26,808 nt of DNA. Source: Neovahlkampfia damariscottae. Its lineage: Eukaryota. Below are positions 11,587 through 23,988 of this stretch, piece after piece. The position numbers and the translations under genes were made by a program. The stretch spans positions 124,001-150,808 of the forward strand of contig JABLTG010000025.1 of the NCBI GenBank assembly GCA_016618085.1. The letters are read 5' to 3'. The notes below the pieces were generated by a model that was given only the letters and a program-made list of their open reading frames with translations, did not search any database and was not told the DNA's origin. Numbering within the stretch: the stretch's first letter is position 1; each line of letters opens with the position of its first letter.

Positions 11587-14500
11587 TTATTTAATGATAA
11601 TTGCTTGATCACTCCATTTTGTTTGAACTGAAGGATCTTTATGTTCCAGACCTAAAGTTACAGTAACATTTTTATAATGATTATATTTTTCAAAATGATC
11701 AAATACATTATCATCTATTTGAATCAAAAGTTAAATTCAATTTGTTTTTTTTTTTACCATCTTTTAAATATTCACATTTTTGATTTCCAATTAAAATTCC
11801 AAATTTAAATTTATCAAAGGTTGTGATTTGTAATTTTTCTTTTAACAAAATTTTGATCTCTGATAATGTTTGATTTTTTTTAATTTTAAAAATGAATGGA
11901 TGATCAAATGATCTAAATAAAGAAGATTCTCTCCAAAAATGTTCAATTTGAATCAGTTTTTCATTTTCTTCATTTTGAATTAATTCATCATTTTTGATCT
12001 CTTCTGCCCTAAGCATTACAAAATTTTGTAAATTTTCAATTCGATCTTCTTGTGTGTATATTTTTTTTATTCTTGAATATTGAACTTTCATTAAACGAAT
12101 ATTATCAATATCTAAATGTGGTAAACTAATTTTAATATCTGATAAAACATCTTTAATGATTGCTCCTTTTTTATAAAAAAAATGAAATGTTGATTGTTCA
12201 ATTAAATGTTCATCAAGAAATGAAATAAAAATCTCTTTTTCAATTTCATTTTTTGGGTATGGTAACACATCAAAATAAAAAATATTAGGTTGAATTTCAG
12301 ATAAATTATTCCAATCTGAAATTGGTGGATATTTTCCTGTTTGAGATATTGTATCATAATAAAATAAACGAATTTGATCTTTTGGTGCTCTGACACTAAA
12401 TGCAAGTTGATCAATGACATTATCAATTGTCATTGTTTTTGATAAATCCATTTCAAATGGTTGAAGAAACATGGATCTAAATTGAAATTGAATTTTGTTA
12501 TTTTTGTAATCAACAAAATCACCAACAGTTTTGAAATAACAATTTTGCTGTTTTTTAAGATCTTTTTGAAATACCAAAATATCACCACTTTGTAAATCAG
12601 CTTCACAAACAGTCATATCCAAATCAATAATCTCTTCAAAACGATTTGCTGAAACTTCTTCAAATACCAACCAATCAGTTTCATTTTCTTTTTTCCATTT
12701 ATTGAAAAGTTCAAATAAATCTCTGATGTGCGTATTTTTTGGTATGATAAATGATGTAATAAAGTCAACAGATTTTGAATCAAAATATTTAAAAAAAATT
12801 AAATAATCATTTTTTTCATCAATATGTCTTGGAGAGACATGAAGATAAATGCTAATATTTTCAACTAATCGATTTGATAAACGAAATGTTTTTAAAAATG
12901 CTTTTTGTTAATAAATTTGATTATTTACTTGAATCAAGTTGTGAAAGGTATTTACTTGGTCTAGTAGTTCTATTTTGTCTTTTTTCCCATTTGAATAAAT
13001 GTTGTTTTTCAATTTCAATTCCTGTATCTTGAAGAATTGCTTTTTTAACTTCCATTATATCTTTTGTTTTTTCAACAAAATATTTTGTTTCAATTTTTGA
13101 GAAATCTATTAAATCAGGACCATGATATTGTTTCATATCAGTTTTATCAATAACCTTAATATGAACGAATTTAAATTCTTCTTGTTTTTGTTTTTCTTTT
13201 TTTTTAATTTCAATTTTTTCTTTTTTTATAATCTCTGAAAGTTCATTTGGATATTTAGTTTCATCTGAAATGAAATTTTGAAAATCTGATTTTTTAATAT
13301 AAACTAACATGTAAGCATTTGTAAAATTGAATTTATTTGGTTGTGAATCAGAAGACCAAAAATAAGGAAAATTTTCAAGTTCACCACCAAATGAGTCTTT
13401 AAATACAGATTCTTCATTTAATGTGAATACTTTTTCATCATTGAATTTAAACCATTGACCTTTTTCTTTTTGAATGAATGAGTAATAATGACCTGAATCA
13501 ACATTTCCACTGTGTATCAAAACACCAAATAAAACATAATCAGTTTCTAATTTATTTTGTTCATCATTAAAATACTTTTTTAAATCTAAATCAATTGGAA
13601 ATTCATATTTATCATTAATTTTATATTGTGTGTAATTAACAACATCAAATTCAAATCTTTTTAAATGAAACATTAATACTGGAGGTAATGATAAAAATTT
13701 GACACCTTTTTTAGCATTTTGTAATCCAAATGTTTCACTGTTGTATTGATTTTCACCTTCTAATATTTCAACTTCAGTATATTGATCTAATGATTCATAA
13801 ATATTTGAACAACCTTTCACATTCAATTGTAAATCATAAAAATTTTCTTCTCTTTCAGATTTATAATCAACATTAATACATTCAATAAAATTCAAAATTT
13901 TTCCACCAAATATTTGTAAAATTTTATCTTTTTGATTTTCAGATTTTTTTAATTTTTCTTCTAAGTGATCCATTAAAACTCTACAAAATTCTTGAACATC
14001 ATGTTGACGAAATGAATCATAATTATCCCATCCAAATGATTTAGTTAATTCTGTTGTTTCAATAATTTCTTCTTTTTCGTATTTTAAATGATAAAATAAT
14101 TTTTGCAAGGCAAAAGGAGCATTTCGATTATCATTTGTAATTGGAATTGAAAAAACTAAATCTCTGAATATTTTCAAATGAAATAATGTTTGTAGTAATG
14201 AATTCATATAACCTTTCAGCACACAAAATTAATTTTTTTTTTTTTTTTTTTTACAAGTTGCTCCTTGGTTAATTAGTCCATTGTATTTTCCATCTTTTTC
14301 TCTATGAAAAATTAAGATGGTTTTGTATTTTACTGTGATTTATCTTCTTCATCTTCTCCAACATGTATTATGATATCAAAATAGAGGGTATTATTGAGAA
14401 AGAAACCTTCTTTGTAGTCGTAAACTTTTTCAAGAGGTACTTAATTTTTTAGTTTTTAATTTTTGATTTACGAAAATCTCGGAATCCCCAATCTGCTTCT

Positions 14501-14947
14501 GCTGAATTAAAATCCTTTTCAGCATCTTTTTACGAAAAAATTAATTTTTTTTTTTAAATTAATTTACCCTGAAAAAATGAATGTTCCAAGTTATTTTGGT
14601 TTAATAATATAATTTGAAACTTTGAAAATCTTGTTTCATTTTTTTTAAATTTTTTTGCGTCTATTTTATTTAATTTTTTTTTTTTAAAAACCTGGACAAA
14701 CAAGAAAAGCTGAAAAGAATGTAGATTGACTTCCAAGTAAATAAACAAGTATTTTCCATGGATATCCACCAACATAAATTGTGTCACTTTCTATTTTTTC
14801 ATTTAATTCCGTAACGTTTTCAATTTTCCAACGAAAAATTGAATTGTTTTCATCAAAATCTTTCAGCTTATAAATACCGGATAGATCCGGATTAATATCA
14901 TCTTTTAAATTTTAACAAAAAAAAAACAAACCTGAAAGAATCTTCAT
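11587..14947 (-). CDS. USP7: Ubiquitin-specific protease 7 / Ubp15-like (MATH + USP + UBL domains), multi-exon
   Basis: The spliced MATH domain reads FRWKIEN...VGGYPWKI...DWGFRDF. The Cys box GLINQGATCYMNS has its catalytic Cys codon split by intron 14213-14254. Also present are QHDVQEF, the His box HSGNVDSGHYY, WFKFND and a C-terminal LGLEHKDP...QAIIIK*. Confidence 0.93.
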
Positions 14948-15028
14948 CTCCAAAAAATTTGATAAAATTAACCAATTAGTCTAGTTGAATTTATCCAATC
15001 ATTTTAACTCAATTTTGTTTTTAAACTG

Positions 15029-15304
15029 ATGACAATCTCACACAACGCTTTAGTGATTATTATTGGTACTTGTATATTCATGGCTTTAGGTCTCATTATT
15101 GTACCATGTACATTCATTTCAAAAGCACATGGAGGGTTTTGAATTAAAAAAAATTAAATTTTTTTAAAAAGGTTAATTCGTTTGATGGCTGTTGGTACTG
15201 CTGCATGTACTTGGTTAATGTGGTTGATGATATTCTTATCACAAATGAACCCACTGCAAGAACCACAAAGAAAAGAAGATGAAGGAGCATGTGTCATTTT
15301 ATAA
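15029..15304 (+). CDS. VMA9: V-type ATPase V0 subunit e (absent from the ORF track)
   Basis: Two exons with intron 15136-15171. Two TM helices and the signature GLIRLM...TAACTWLMWLMIFLSQMNPLQEP; the protein ends ...GACVIL*. Confidence 0.9.
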
Positions 15305-15478
15305 AACGACACATTGAATTCTTTGAATAAAAATTTTTAAAAGGATGTTAAATTATAAATATCTACATAAAAAAAACAAAACTGAAATTTTTTTAACTTG
15401 AACTTTTTTGTTAAGTAAAATTTGACCAATTATATTCATCAGTTCTTCAATCTCTACCAAAAACAAACTTGAAATACG

Positions 15479-15814
15479 ATGACTATTGGAATACCTATAA
15501 AACTTTTACACGAAACTGAAGGACATACAGTTACAATAGAATTAAAATCAGGAGAAGTTTATCGTGGACATTTAGCTGAATGTGAGGACAACATGAATTG
15601 TCAATTGAAAAATGTAACTCTTACTGCAAAAGATGGAAAAGTTACAGCTTTAGAATTAGTGTATATTCGTGGTAGTAAAATTAGATATTTTATTATTCCT
15701 GACATGTTGAGAAACGCTCCAATGTTTAAACAAGTAGATCCTTCAAAACAAACTTCAAGAGGAAGTGGAAACGGCTTTGCTCTTGGAAGAGGAAAACAAA
15801 TGTTACCAAAATAA
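15479..15814 (+). CDS. SNRPD3: Small nuclear ribonucleoprotein Sm D3
   Basis: [27 protein letters not shown]...EDNMNCQL...[24 protein letters not shown]. Confidence 0.97.
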   Translation: MTIGIPIKLLHETEGHTVTIELKSGEVYRGHLAECEDNMNCQLKNVTLTAKDGKVTALELVYIRGSKIRYFIIPDMLRNAPMFKQVDPSKQTSRGSGNGFALGRGKQMLPK

Positions 15815-16064
15815 ATTATATTTTAATTTTTTGTCTTCATAATTTTCCACATTGTTGAATGATTTAAAAATAAAAAAAAAAAAAAAAAAATTCTTGATTT
15901 TTTTCAGTAACAATGTCATTATTGATTCAAAACATGAAAAAAAAGGGAAAAAAAAATTTTCCATTTTTTAAAATCTTTTCACTTCATGTAAAGAATTCAC
16001 TAAATTCCGATTGGCTATCGAGAGTCATAAAAATCTTCATTTTTTTTTTTGACTTATCAAAAAC

Positions 16065-19000
16065 ATGTCTGGAGAAAACAAAGAAGAACCAGAAAACAAA
16101 AAGACAAAGGTAGAAATTCCTGATGGTGATGTTGATGACCTTGTTGGAGACTTAATCAAAGAAGAACTCCAACTCTTAATCACAAGGTAATTTAACAATT
16201 AAAAAATCCTCTAACTTTTCCGAAGAGTTATCAAAGACAACACAGAATTTGTGGACCCTATCAAAGACCAAATCGTTAAAATTATTAAATCACGCTCAAG
16301 ACAAACACCAGCTCCAAAAGTTACTCAAGAACAAATGTCACAGTTAATTCAAAATCCATCTGCTCAACAACTTTTCCAAGCTACACAATCTCTTGGAACA
16401 CAAATGGGAATGTCTTCACAAGATTTATTTGGTGGTTTTTCACAACCAATGCTTCCTTTCATGGGAGGTGGTATGAGACCTCAAGGTGGTGGCGGTGGTG
16501 GAATGATGATGCCAGGTATGGATTTAGATAAATACGGGGTAGATGTTGGTTCTATTCGTAGAAGAGTCAAAGAAGCATTTCAAACAAATTCAAAAAAAAG
16601 TAAAAAAAGAGGAGGTTTTGGACAAGATTCAGGAAATGATCGTTACCATGTTGTTAATTATATTATTCAAGAAGAAATTAAAACTGGTAAAAATGCTATT
16701 ATGATTTCAAATGACGTCAGAAAAGGTTTATCAATTTTTGAAGCAGTAACATCTGAATATGTTAATAGAGGTGCTGAACTTGGTGAAAATACTATTGATG
16801 GATATCAAGATATGTTAGAAGAAATTGCAAATGAATGGATTGAAATTATGCTAGACTCAAACCTTGATGGTAAAAATAAAAAAAAAAAAAAAATTTAACA
16901 TTTTTTTCTTCAGAAATTGGAGATGAACGTAAACAATGGGTTGAAAAACTTTATGAATGGGATACTTCAGCTTCAGAAGAAGAAGGTACATTTTCAATTG
17001 CCAGAGCAGCAGCAAAATTAGGATGGAAAGATACACAATTACAACAAGTATTAAAAGGTGAAGGTATTGGAAAATACAAAGAACCACAAGCTTTAAGTGT
17101 TGCTAGATTAAATCAATTAGAAAGAGAAAAAAGATATGAAGAAGGTGTTAATCTTGCAAAATCAGTTGATTTAGATTTTTATACTGCAAAATTCCTTTTA
17201 AAATTAGATAAAAAAGAAGAAGCTGAACAAATTGCTGTTCGATATGTTTTAGATCCTTCAAAATTATTTTCAATTGCTCAAGTTGCTAAATCAGTTGATG
17301 TTGAAATTGCTTTTGGACTTGCTATTAGAAGTATTGGAATGTTAAAAGATAATCTTCCACAAACATGGAGTAATGATATTTATGAAAGAACAATGTGGGT
17401 TATTGATTTATCAATTAGTCAACATTTAGAAGAAACATTAATTAAAAAGACAAAAGAATTAATTAAAAACAAATCATTTCAATTTGAAATGTGTAAAATG
17501 TTAAAACAAAAAGAACAATTCCAAACTGCTTTAGAAATTGCAAAATATTGTTTAACACCTTATTCAGTTCAAGATGAATCAAAAATTGAAAAAATTCAAA
17601 AAGTACAAATTCAACAACAACAACAACAAAAACTTGAAGGTACACCAACTGGTCAAACATCTTCAACATCATTACAAGATACAGTTGCTTTACAAGATGT
17701 TGACCCAGGTTCTATTATTCCATCACAATTATGTGTTTGGTTATGGGAACTTTCACATGAAATGTTATTATTAGATTTATGTTCAGAAAATGAAATGAAA
17801 ATTGTTTTAAAATTTATTTTAGATACAGAAAAAGATTCAAATCAATTGGTTCAATTAATTAGAAGAATGAAAGAAAAATTAGAATGGGAATTAATTATTC
17901 AAGTTGGATTTCAAATATTTGAAATTGTTAAACAACAAAGAGAAAAAGAATCAACTGAACAAAAAGCATTTATCAAAATGATTATTGAAGATCCTTCAAT
18001 TTTAGAAACAAATCCATTAGCACAATTAATTTCAATTAATTATAATTCAACATGGGATAATTCAATTTATAATTCATGTCAACAAATGATTAATGCAATT
18101 TCTGAAAGTAGAAAAGAAAAAGCTCCAATTTTAAATGTTGTTGAAACAACAACTAATAATAAACCAAAATTAAGAGAAATTGAACCAATTTCTGAAGTTA
18201 TTGCTAAAAAAGTTTTAGAAAAATGTTTAGAAAATTTAACAGTTATTGATCATCAAATTAATTTCGGAAATTTACTTTTTTCAGTTAAAGAATATTCAAT
18301 GGTTCTTGAATCATCAGAAAAATTCTTAAAACATATTGTTTCTTTAGAAAAAGAAAAAAAGAAAATTGATGAATGGGTTCAAGATTTAGCTGATTTAAGA
18401 CAAGAAGAACAAGAATTAATTTCAAAAAACAAAAAATTAAAACAAAATCTTGTTGATAAAATGAAAAAACTTCAATATGAAGAACAAGTTTTAAAACTTT
18501 CACATCGTTCAGTTAATTACAATGCTCAAAGATATGACCAATTAAAATTACAAATTATTCAAAATACAGTTACATCTGGATTAAATGGTGTAGATGAAGA
18601 AAAAATACAATTTGATGAATTTGAAACAGTTCTTGATACACTTTTACAATATTTAAGAAATCCAAATCATTTCATTCAATTAGGAAATACATTTAACATG
18701 AGAAGAGAATTTAGATTAACAAACAAAGTTGGTCAAAAATGTCAACAAATTGTTGAAGTTTTGAGAGAAAAATATACTGAAAGAAAGAAATTAGAAGTTC
18801 CATATAATTTATTAATTCAAGAACAAGAATATTATTTATCAAATTTAAAAACAGTTCCTTCAAAATTACAAGAAGAAATTAAAGAACAATTAAAAAAAAT
18901 TGATCAATTAGATGAAGTTGAATATTTTGATTCAAGTTCAAATATAGATTATTATGATAATACACATTATTCAATTGCTCAACAAATGATTCAAGGTTCA

Positions 19001-22000
19001 ATAAACTCAAAAATTAAACAAGTTGTACAACAAACAACAAATGTATTTGGAAATTATGTTGCACCAACACAAAAAGTAATTGAAAAGAAACCATTAGAAA
19101 ATAATGAAATTCAAACAATTATTGATATTTGTTTAAAATTTGTTAAAAAACCAGTTCATTTAATTTCTTTATTGAATATCATTTCAACACCTTCTTATGA
19201 AGAATATGATTTTTCAATTTATTTAACAAAAAAAATTCAACAAAGAATTATTGAAGTTTCTCCTGAAAAAGCAAAATTAGATTTAGAATATTTTGAATTT
19301 CAAGAATTATCAAGAGAAGAAGAAAAATTAAAATCAATCAAAAAATCATTATCACCAGAAGATGAAAAGAAATTAAAACAAATGAAAATTGAAAATGGAT
19401 TAAAATGTTTAATACCAAGTTATTTTAGAGATAGTTCAAATGAATATGATAAACAACAATTTACAATTACTCAAACATTATTAAATTTATTTTTCACAAA
19501 AAAAGTTCAATTTCAAAATCAATTAGAAGAATTAATTGAATCAGAATTACAAAATGGTGATAAAATGATTGAAGAAGATGATGAAGAAGAAGAAATACCT
19601 GAAACAAAAGAATCATTAGAAGAAAAAATCAAAAAAACAAGAATTGAAATTTCAGATGTTTTAGAATTTTGTTTACCATTTAATGAAGATCCAAATAATC
19701 TCTTAAAAATTTCGAATTTATTAAAATCAAATTCTGAATTTGATAAAGCAATACATGTTGGAAAACAAACAAAAGAAAGAGTTGATAAATGTATCAAAGA
19801 AAGAGATGCAAGAGATATTCTTTTAGATGAATTGAAAGAAATTGAAGATGAAGAAAATGAATTAGAACTTCAAAGAAAACAATTAAAAACAAAAAAAACA
19901 TTAGATGCATCAAAATTAAAAAGAATGAAAGAATTAGTTAGACATCGTATTTTATTCAATTCATTACCTTCATATACTAAATCAAGCAATACTAAATTTG
20001 ACCAATTATTATTCAAAGTTGCTGAAATGATGATTTATTCATATTTTTCAAAATCAGAAGAAGATGTTCAAAAAGATGAAATTTCAAACTTAATTGATTA
20101 TTGTTTATCATTTATTTTAAATCCAAATCATATTTTCTCAATTATTCAAATTTTAGTCACAAATCAACAAATTGATTTAATGATTTCAGTAATGAAAAAA
20201 GATTTTACAAGAATTTCAGAATGTGTTATTCAAAAATTAAAAAGAGATAAACTTCAAATTCGTTCAAATATTTTAACAGAAGAACAAAATCAATTAACTC
20301 TTTTAAGAAAACAATTAACAGATGATTTAAAACAAGAATTAGATTCAATCATTTTAGAAGATTTACCTGATTATATTTTACATTCTGATTATGCTAAATT
20401 TGATGAATTAAAATATAACATTGGATACTCAATTCTTCATTCTTTGTTAAATTTAAAAGAACATTTATTACAAGAAGAACAAGAAGAACATGAAGATGAT
20501 TATGTTAAAAAATTTGAAGTCTCAGATATTGAATCACAAATTGAAAAAGTATTACAATTCTTATTGGAAGAAACAAATGGAATTCAAAATCCAGATTCTT
20601 TATTAAAATTGGTAAAATCAGTAAAATCACATGATATTTCAATTAAAATTGGTGAAACAATATTTAAAAGAGTACAACTCTTTAGAAAAGAATCAGAAAA
20701 GAATTTTATTCCTTCACAAAAATATGCTGAATTGAAAAATGAATCATTAATGTTATTAAAATCAAGAAAAGAGTTAACAGAAGATAAACAAAAAGAATTA
20801 AGATCTTTGGAATTTGATGTTAAATTATTAGAATTAAGACCTTATTATGAAAAATATACATCCAATGAATATGATTCAATTGTATTCAAAGCATCAAATG
20901 AAATTATTCAAAGTTGTTTAGCTGATAAAACTGATTTAGAAAATAGAATGCAAATGGATAGTCAAGTTACAGAAGATCAAATGCTTTCTGCAATTAATGA
21001 AAACAAAAAACATATTGATGATATTTTATCAATGTGCTTGGATAACATTTTATTGATTTCAAATTTAGTTCATTTAGTTAATAGTTTAAGTAATAAATTA
21101 GAATATGGAATGGCTATTTTAGTTGGTAAAAAATGTCAACAAAGAATTGATGATTTGAATAAATTAATTGATCATATTGAATCATTACAAGAAGAAAAAC
21201 AAAATTTAATTCAACAAAACAAAATTAAACCATCAAAAGATAAACAAAATAAAATTGAAAAGATTGATCAAGAATTAACAAATGTTAAAGTTGAAACTTA
21301 TGATAAAACAAAAATTAGAAATGATTCATTAAGAATTGCTAAATTGATGATGAATGCATTGAAAGTTGAAAATGCAGATTCATCTGTTTTAAGAGAACAA
21401 GCAATTAATATTTTCAAAATTGAAATGTCTTTAGAATCATTAGGTGAAGTTAAAATCTTAACTGAACCTGATGATTGGGAAAAACAAAAAAATGAATTAA
21501 TGAATTATGTGATTAATATGAATAAAGCAAAAGATCCAAATGCTAAATTGACATCAGGACAAATTGAATTGTTATTATCTGAAGATATGATTAATGAATG
21601 TATCAATGGATTTCCAGATCCAAATGATGAAACATCACCTGAATTATTAGAAAGATTATGGATTGAAATTGAAAAAAAAGATTCAAAATCATTGAAGAAA
21701 TTGTTACCTTTGGTTAATGCTTATGTTACTCATGATTATTTACAATACATTTTTGATGGTACCGCTTCTTTATTGGATATTGTTGAGGCATATGATTCTG
21801 ATTGGGTTATTGATTTGTATATTGCAATTTCAGATACTTTGTTAGTTTCAATTGTTCAAAAACAATACAAAGATTTTGTTGAATTTTTGGAAGTTGTTAA
21901 AAATAGAATTCCAGGTTCATGGGATGAATTTATAGAAGGAGTGAAGAAAAAACATAAAGGAAAGAAAAAATTGATGCAAATGATAACTATGGCAGGTTAT

Positions 22001-22003
22001 TAA
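16065..22003 (+). CDS. Giant (~1951 aa) alpha-helical protein with ~8 internal repeats; flanks resemble the helical body of bacterial SWIM-zinc-finger-family proteins
   Basis: ATG at 16065. Introns 16187-16225 and 16870-16913 join ORF 16251..16898 to the 1554-aa ORF in frame (5856 nt spliced). A VLxxCL..xNP.xLxxL..L helical motif recurs, each followed by a coiled coil. Confidence 0.8.
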
Positions 22004-22260
22004 ATTTCTCATTCATTCAATAAAATTTCTTAAAAATTACATTCATGGATAAAATTGGTATTTTTTTTTGCTCGGTATTGCATTGAGAATTATTCGAAAT
22101 CATTCAAATTTTCAAAATTTATTTTTTTGAACAAAGGAAACCTTGTAAGGTAATGCCATTTTTCTATTCATCATTTCTGTTTTGATTTGTGACACAGTTC
22201 TTTTGTTAGTTGTTGTTCCATTTGTTTTTTTTTTGTCGATTAATTAAAAATCTTTATTTT

Positions 22261-22575
22261 TCAAATTTTATTGAAACATCTCAAAAAAAAAGTATCTGAT
22301 GAATGACAATGAAAACAAAACAATCCAACTGATACTTTTAAATTTTTTGGACTTGGATCAAAAATTTCGATTTTTGGATCCTCTTTCTTCAACAACAAAA
22401 ATCCAACTTTGTCATCAATAAAATCTTCAGGTTTTGTATAGTTACTAATGTCCAAGAAATAAACTTCATCATCTGATATATTTTCCTTGGTAGATCATAT
22501 GTTTCTGTGCTTTTTTAATATATAATTAACAATATCATCGAATAAAATCCTCCTCTTTTTATCAATATCACCCAT
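22261..22575 (-). pseudogene. Degenerate ORF with an in-frame TGA
   Basis: The ATG at 22575 reads MGDIDKKRRILFDDIVNYILKKHRNI*STKENISDDEVYFLDISNYTKPEDF..., in frame with ORF 22261..22455. I recognise no family. Confidence 0.35.
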
Positions 22576-22615
22576 ACATTTTTTTGATGACTATGAGTTG
22601 TTGATTTTTACTTTC

Positions 22616-22699
22616 GCTTACGGCCATACTTAGGAGAACACACCACATCCCGTCCAATTTGCGAAGTTAAGCTCCTACAGGCTCTCCTAGTACTAGAGA
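22616..22699 (+). rRNA. 5S rRNA: 5S rRNA gene, 3'-truncated or interrupted (nt 1-~84 only)
   Basis: GCTTACGGCCATAC-TTAGGAGAAC-ACACCACATCCCGTCCAATTTGCGAAGTTAAGC-TCCTACAGGCTCTCC-TAGTACTAGAG aligns without gaps to eukaryotic 5S. Helix II (TAGGAG/CTCCTA) pairs perfectly. Box C and the 3' strands of helices V and I are missing. Confidence 0.92.
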
Positions 22700-22961
22700 A
22701 GTAAGTAGGGGGAAAATTCGCTGGTGTTTTCAGAAATATTTCGTGCTTGTTACCTGAGAACATCGGATTTCCTCTCCACATGACTGTCTTGATTTTTTTC
22801 ATCAAAAAAAACTCATTTTCCCCTTTTGATATTTTATTGATTTTTTGCTGCGTTTTTTGTGACATGAAAAATTTGGTGATGATTGGTCAAAAATTTTTAC
22901 TTTTTGTAGTTCTGACCAAGTCAGAATTATTGAAAGCAAAATTATTTCTTTTATTAATATA

Positions 22962-23988
22962 ATGACAGACCAACAAATAAGACAATTAATTAACGACCCT
23001 GAAAAAGGTTTGAACAGTGATTTGAAAAAACTCCAGACAATGTTAAAAGATCATGGAATCAACACAACACAAAAAAAAATTAAAGAAATTAGAGATAAAC
23101 AAAATTGGTATCAATTAACCAAAAAAGTTAAAAAAACAAAAACACTTTAACTCTATTATGGTTCCAGAAAATTCAATTTTGTATTATATGGATGTTATTG
23201 TTTATAATCGTTTTAAAATCCATGGATATCAATATATTTTGAATGTCGTTGATACAAATTCAAGGTATGTAGCTTCAAGAGCTTTAACAAATATGAAATT
23301 AAAAGAATCAACCAGAGGAAATAAAGCGGTTACACTTCTCGATGCTGTGAAAGAAATTATGGAGGAATTGGGATATCCAAAAGAATTAAGATGTGATAAT
23401 CAATTTATTTCTGATGATTTTGTTAAATTAATGAAAGAAAATGATGTTAAAGTTGTTTATTCTGAAACTGATGATTTAATTAAAAATTCATTGGTTGAAT
23501 CATTTAACAGAACTTTAGCAGTTTTATTGCAAAATTGGAGAGTGTCAACAGGTAAAACAGAATGGTACAAAGTATTACCTATGATTATTAAAAAATATAA
23601 TAACACCATTCATTCAACCATAAATGCTAAACCTGCAGATGTTTGGAGCGGAAAAGACATTAATCGTCAAGAAATAAAAAGGGTAGTTTCCAAGTTTACT
23701 ATTGGTGATAAAGTAAGAATAGTTTCAAATAAAAAAATTTCCGAAAAAGGAGATTCCATAAAAAATTCAAAATCCATCTACATAATCACTCACGTTGTCG
23801 GAAATAAATACAAATTAAAAAATTTGGAATCTGGAGCAACTGGTGATAAATTATTTAATCCAAGAAATTTATTGAAAGTTACAGATGTTGATGAAATTAA
23901 TAAAATTATTGAACCAAAGCAAACTGAAGCAGAAAAACCTAAATTTATTGGAACTACCATCATAAAAACAAGAAAAAATAAGAAGTAA
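22962..23988 (+). CDS. Maverick/Polinton-type retroviral-like (rve) DDE integrase, ~341 aa, split by a +1 frameshift
   Basis: Catalytic D (YYMD), D (RCDNQF) and E (LVESFNRTL), plus YILNVVDTNSRY, YNNTIHSTI..KP and the Maverick-type C-terminus KFTIGDKVRI...EKG...YKLKNL...LLKV. ORF 22962..23150 (INDPEKG...KIKEI..KQ..YQL.K) matches the family N-terminus and joins if one A of the A7 run at 23130-23136 is removed. Confidence 0.88.

Noticed and set aside
1866..19797. Many short F/L/S-rich ORFs (e.g. 2137..2511, 9623..9826, 11319..11612, 19519..19797)
   Set aside because: They are antisense or off-frame shadows of K/E-rich real genes.
22495..22497. In-frame TGA as evidence of a variant genetic code or selenocysteine
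   Set aside because: Conserved genes use TGG for Trp and translate fully in the standard code. A single case in an unrecognised ORF fits decay better.
22701..22733. GTAAGT...TTTTCAG (33 nt) looks like a spliceosomal intron inside the 5S gene
   Set aside because: Removing it does not restore box C or the strands complementary to GCTCTCC and GCTTACGGC, so no complete 5S results.
22608..22962. ORFs 22608..22865(-) and 22747..22962(+)
   Set aside because: They overlap the 5S sequence and the element leader, and show no protein-like features.
23127..23137. A-AAA-AAC as a -1 ribosomal slippery site in the integrase
   Set aside because: The frames require +1, not -1.
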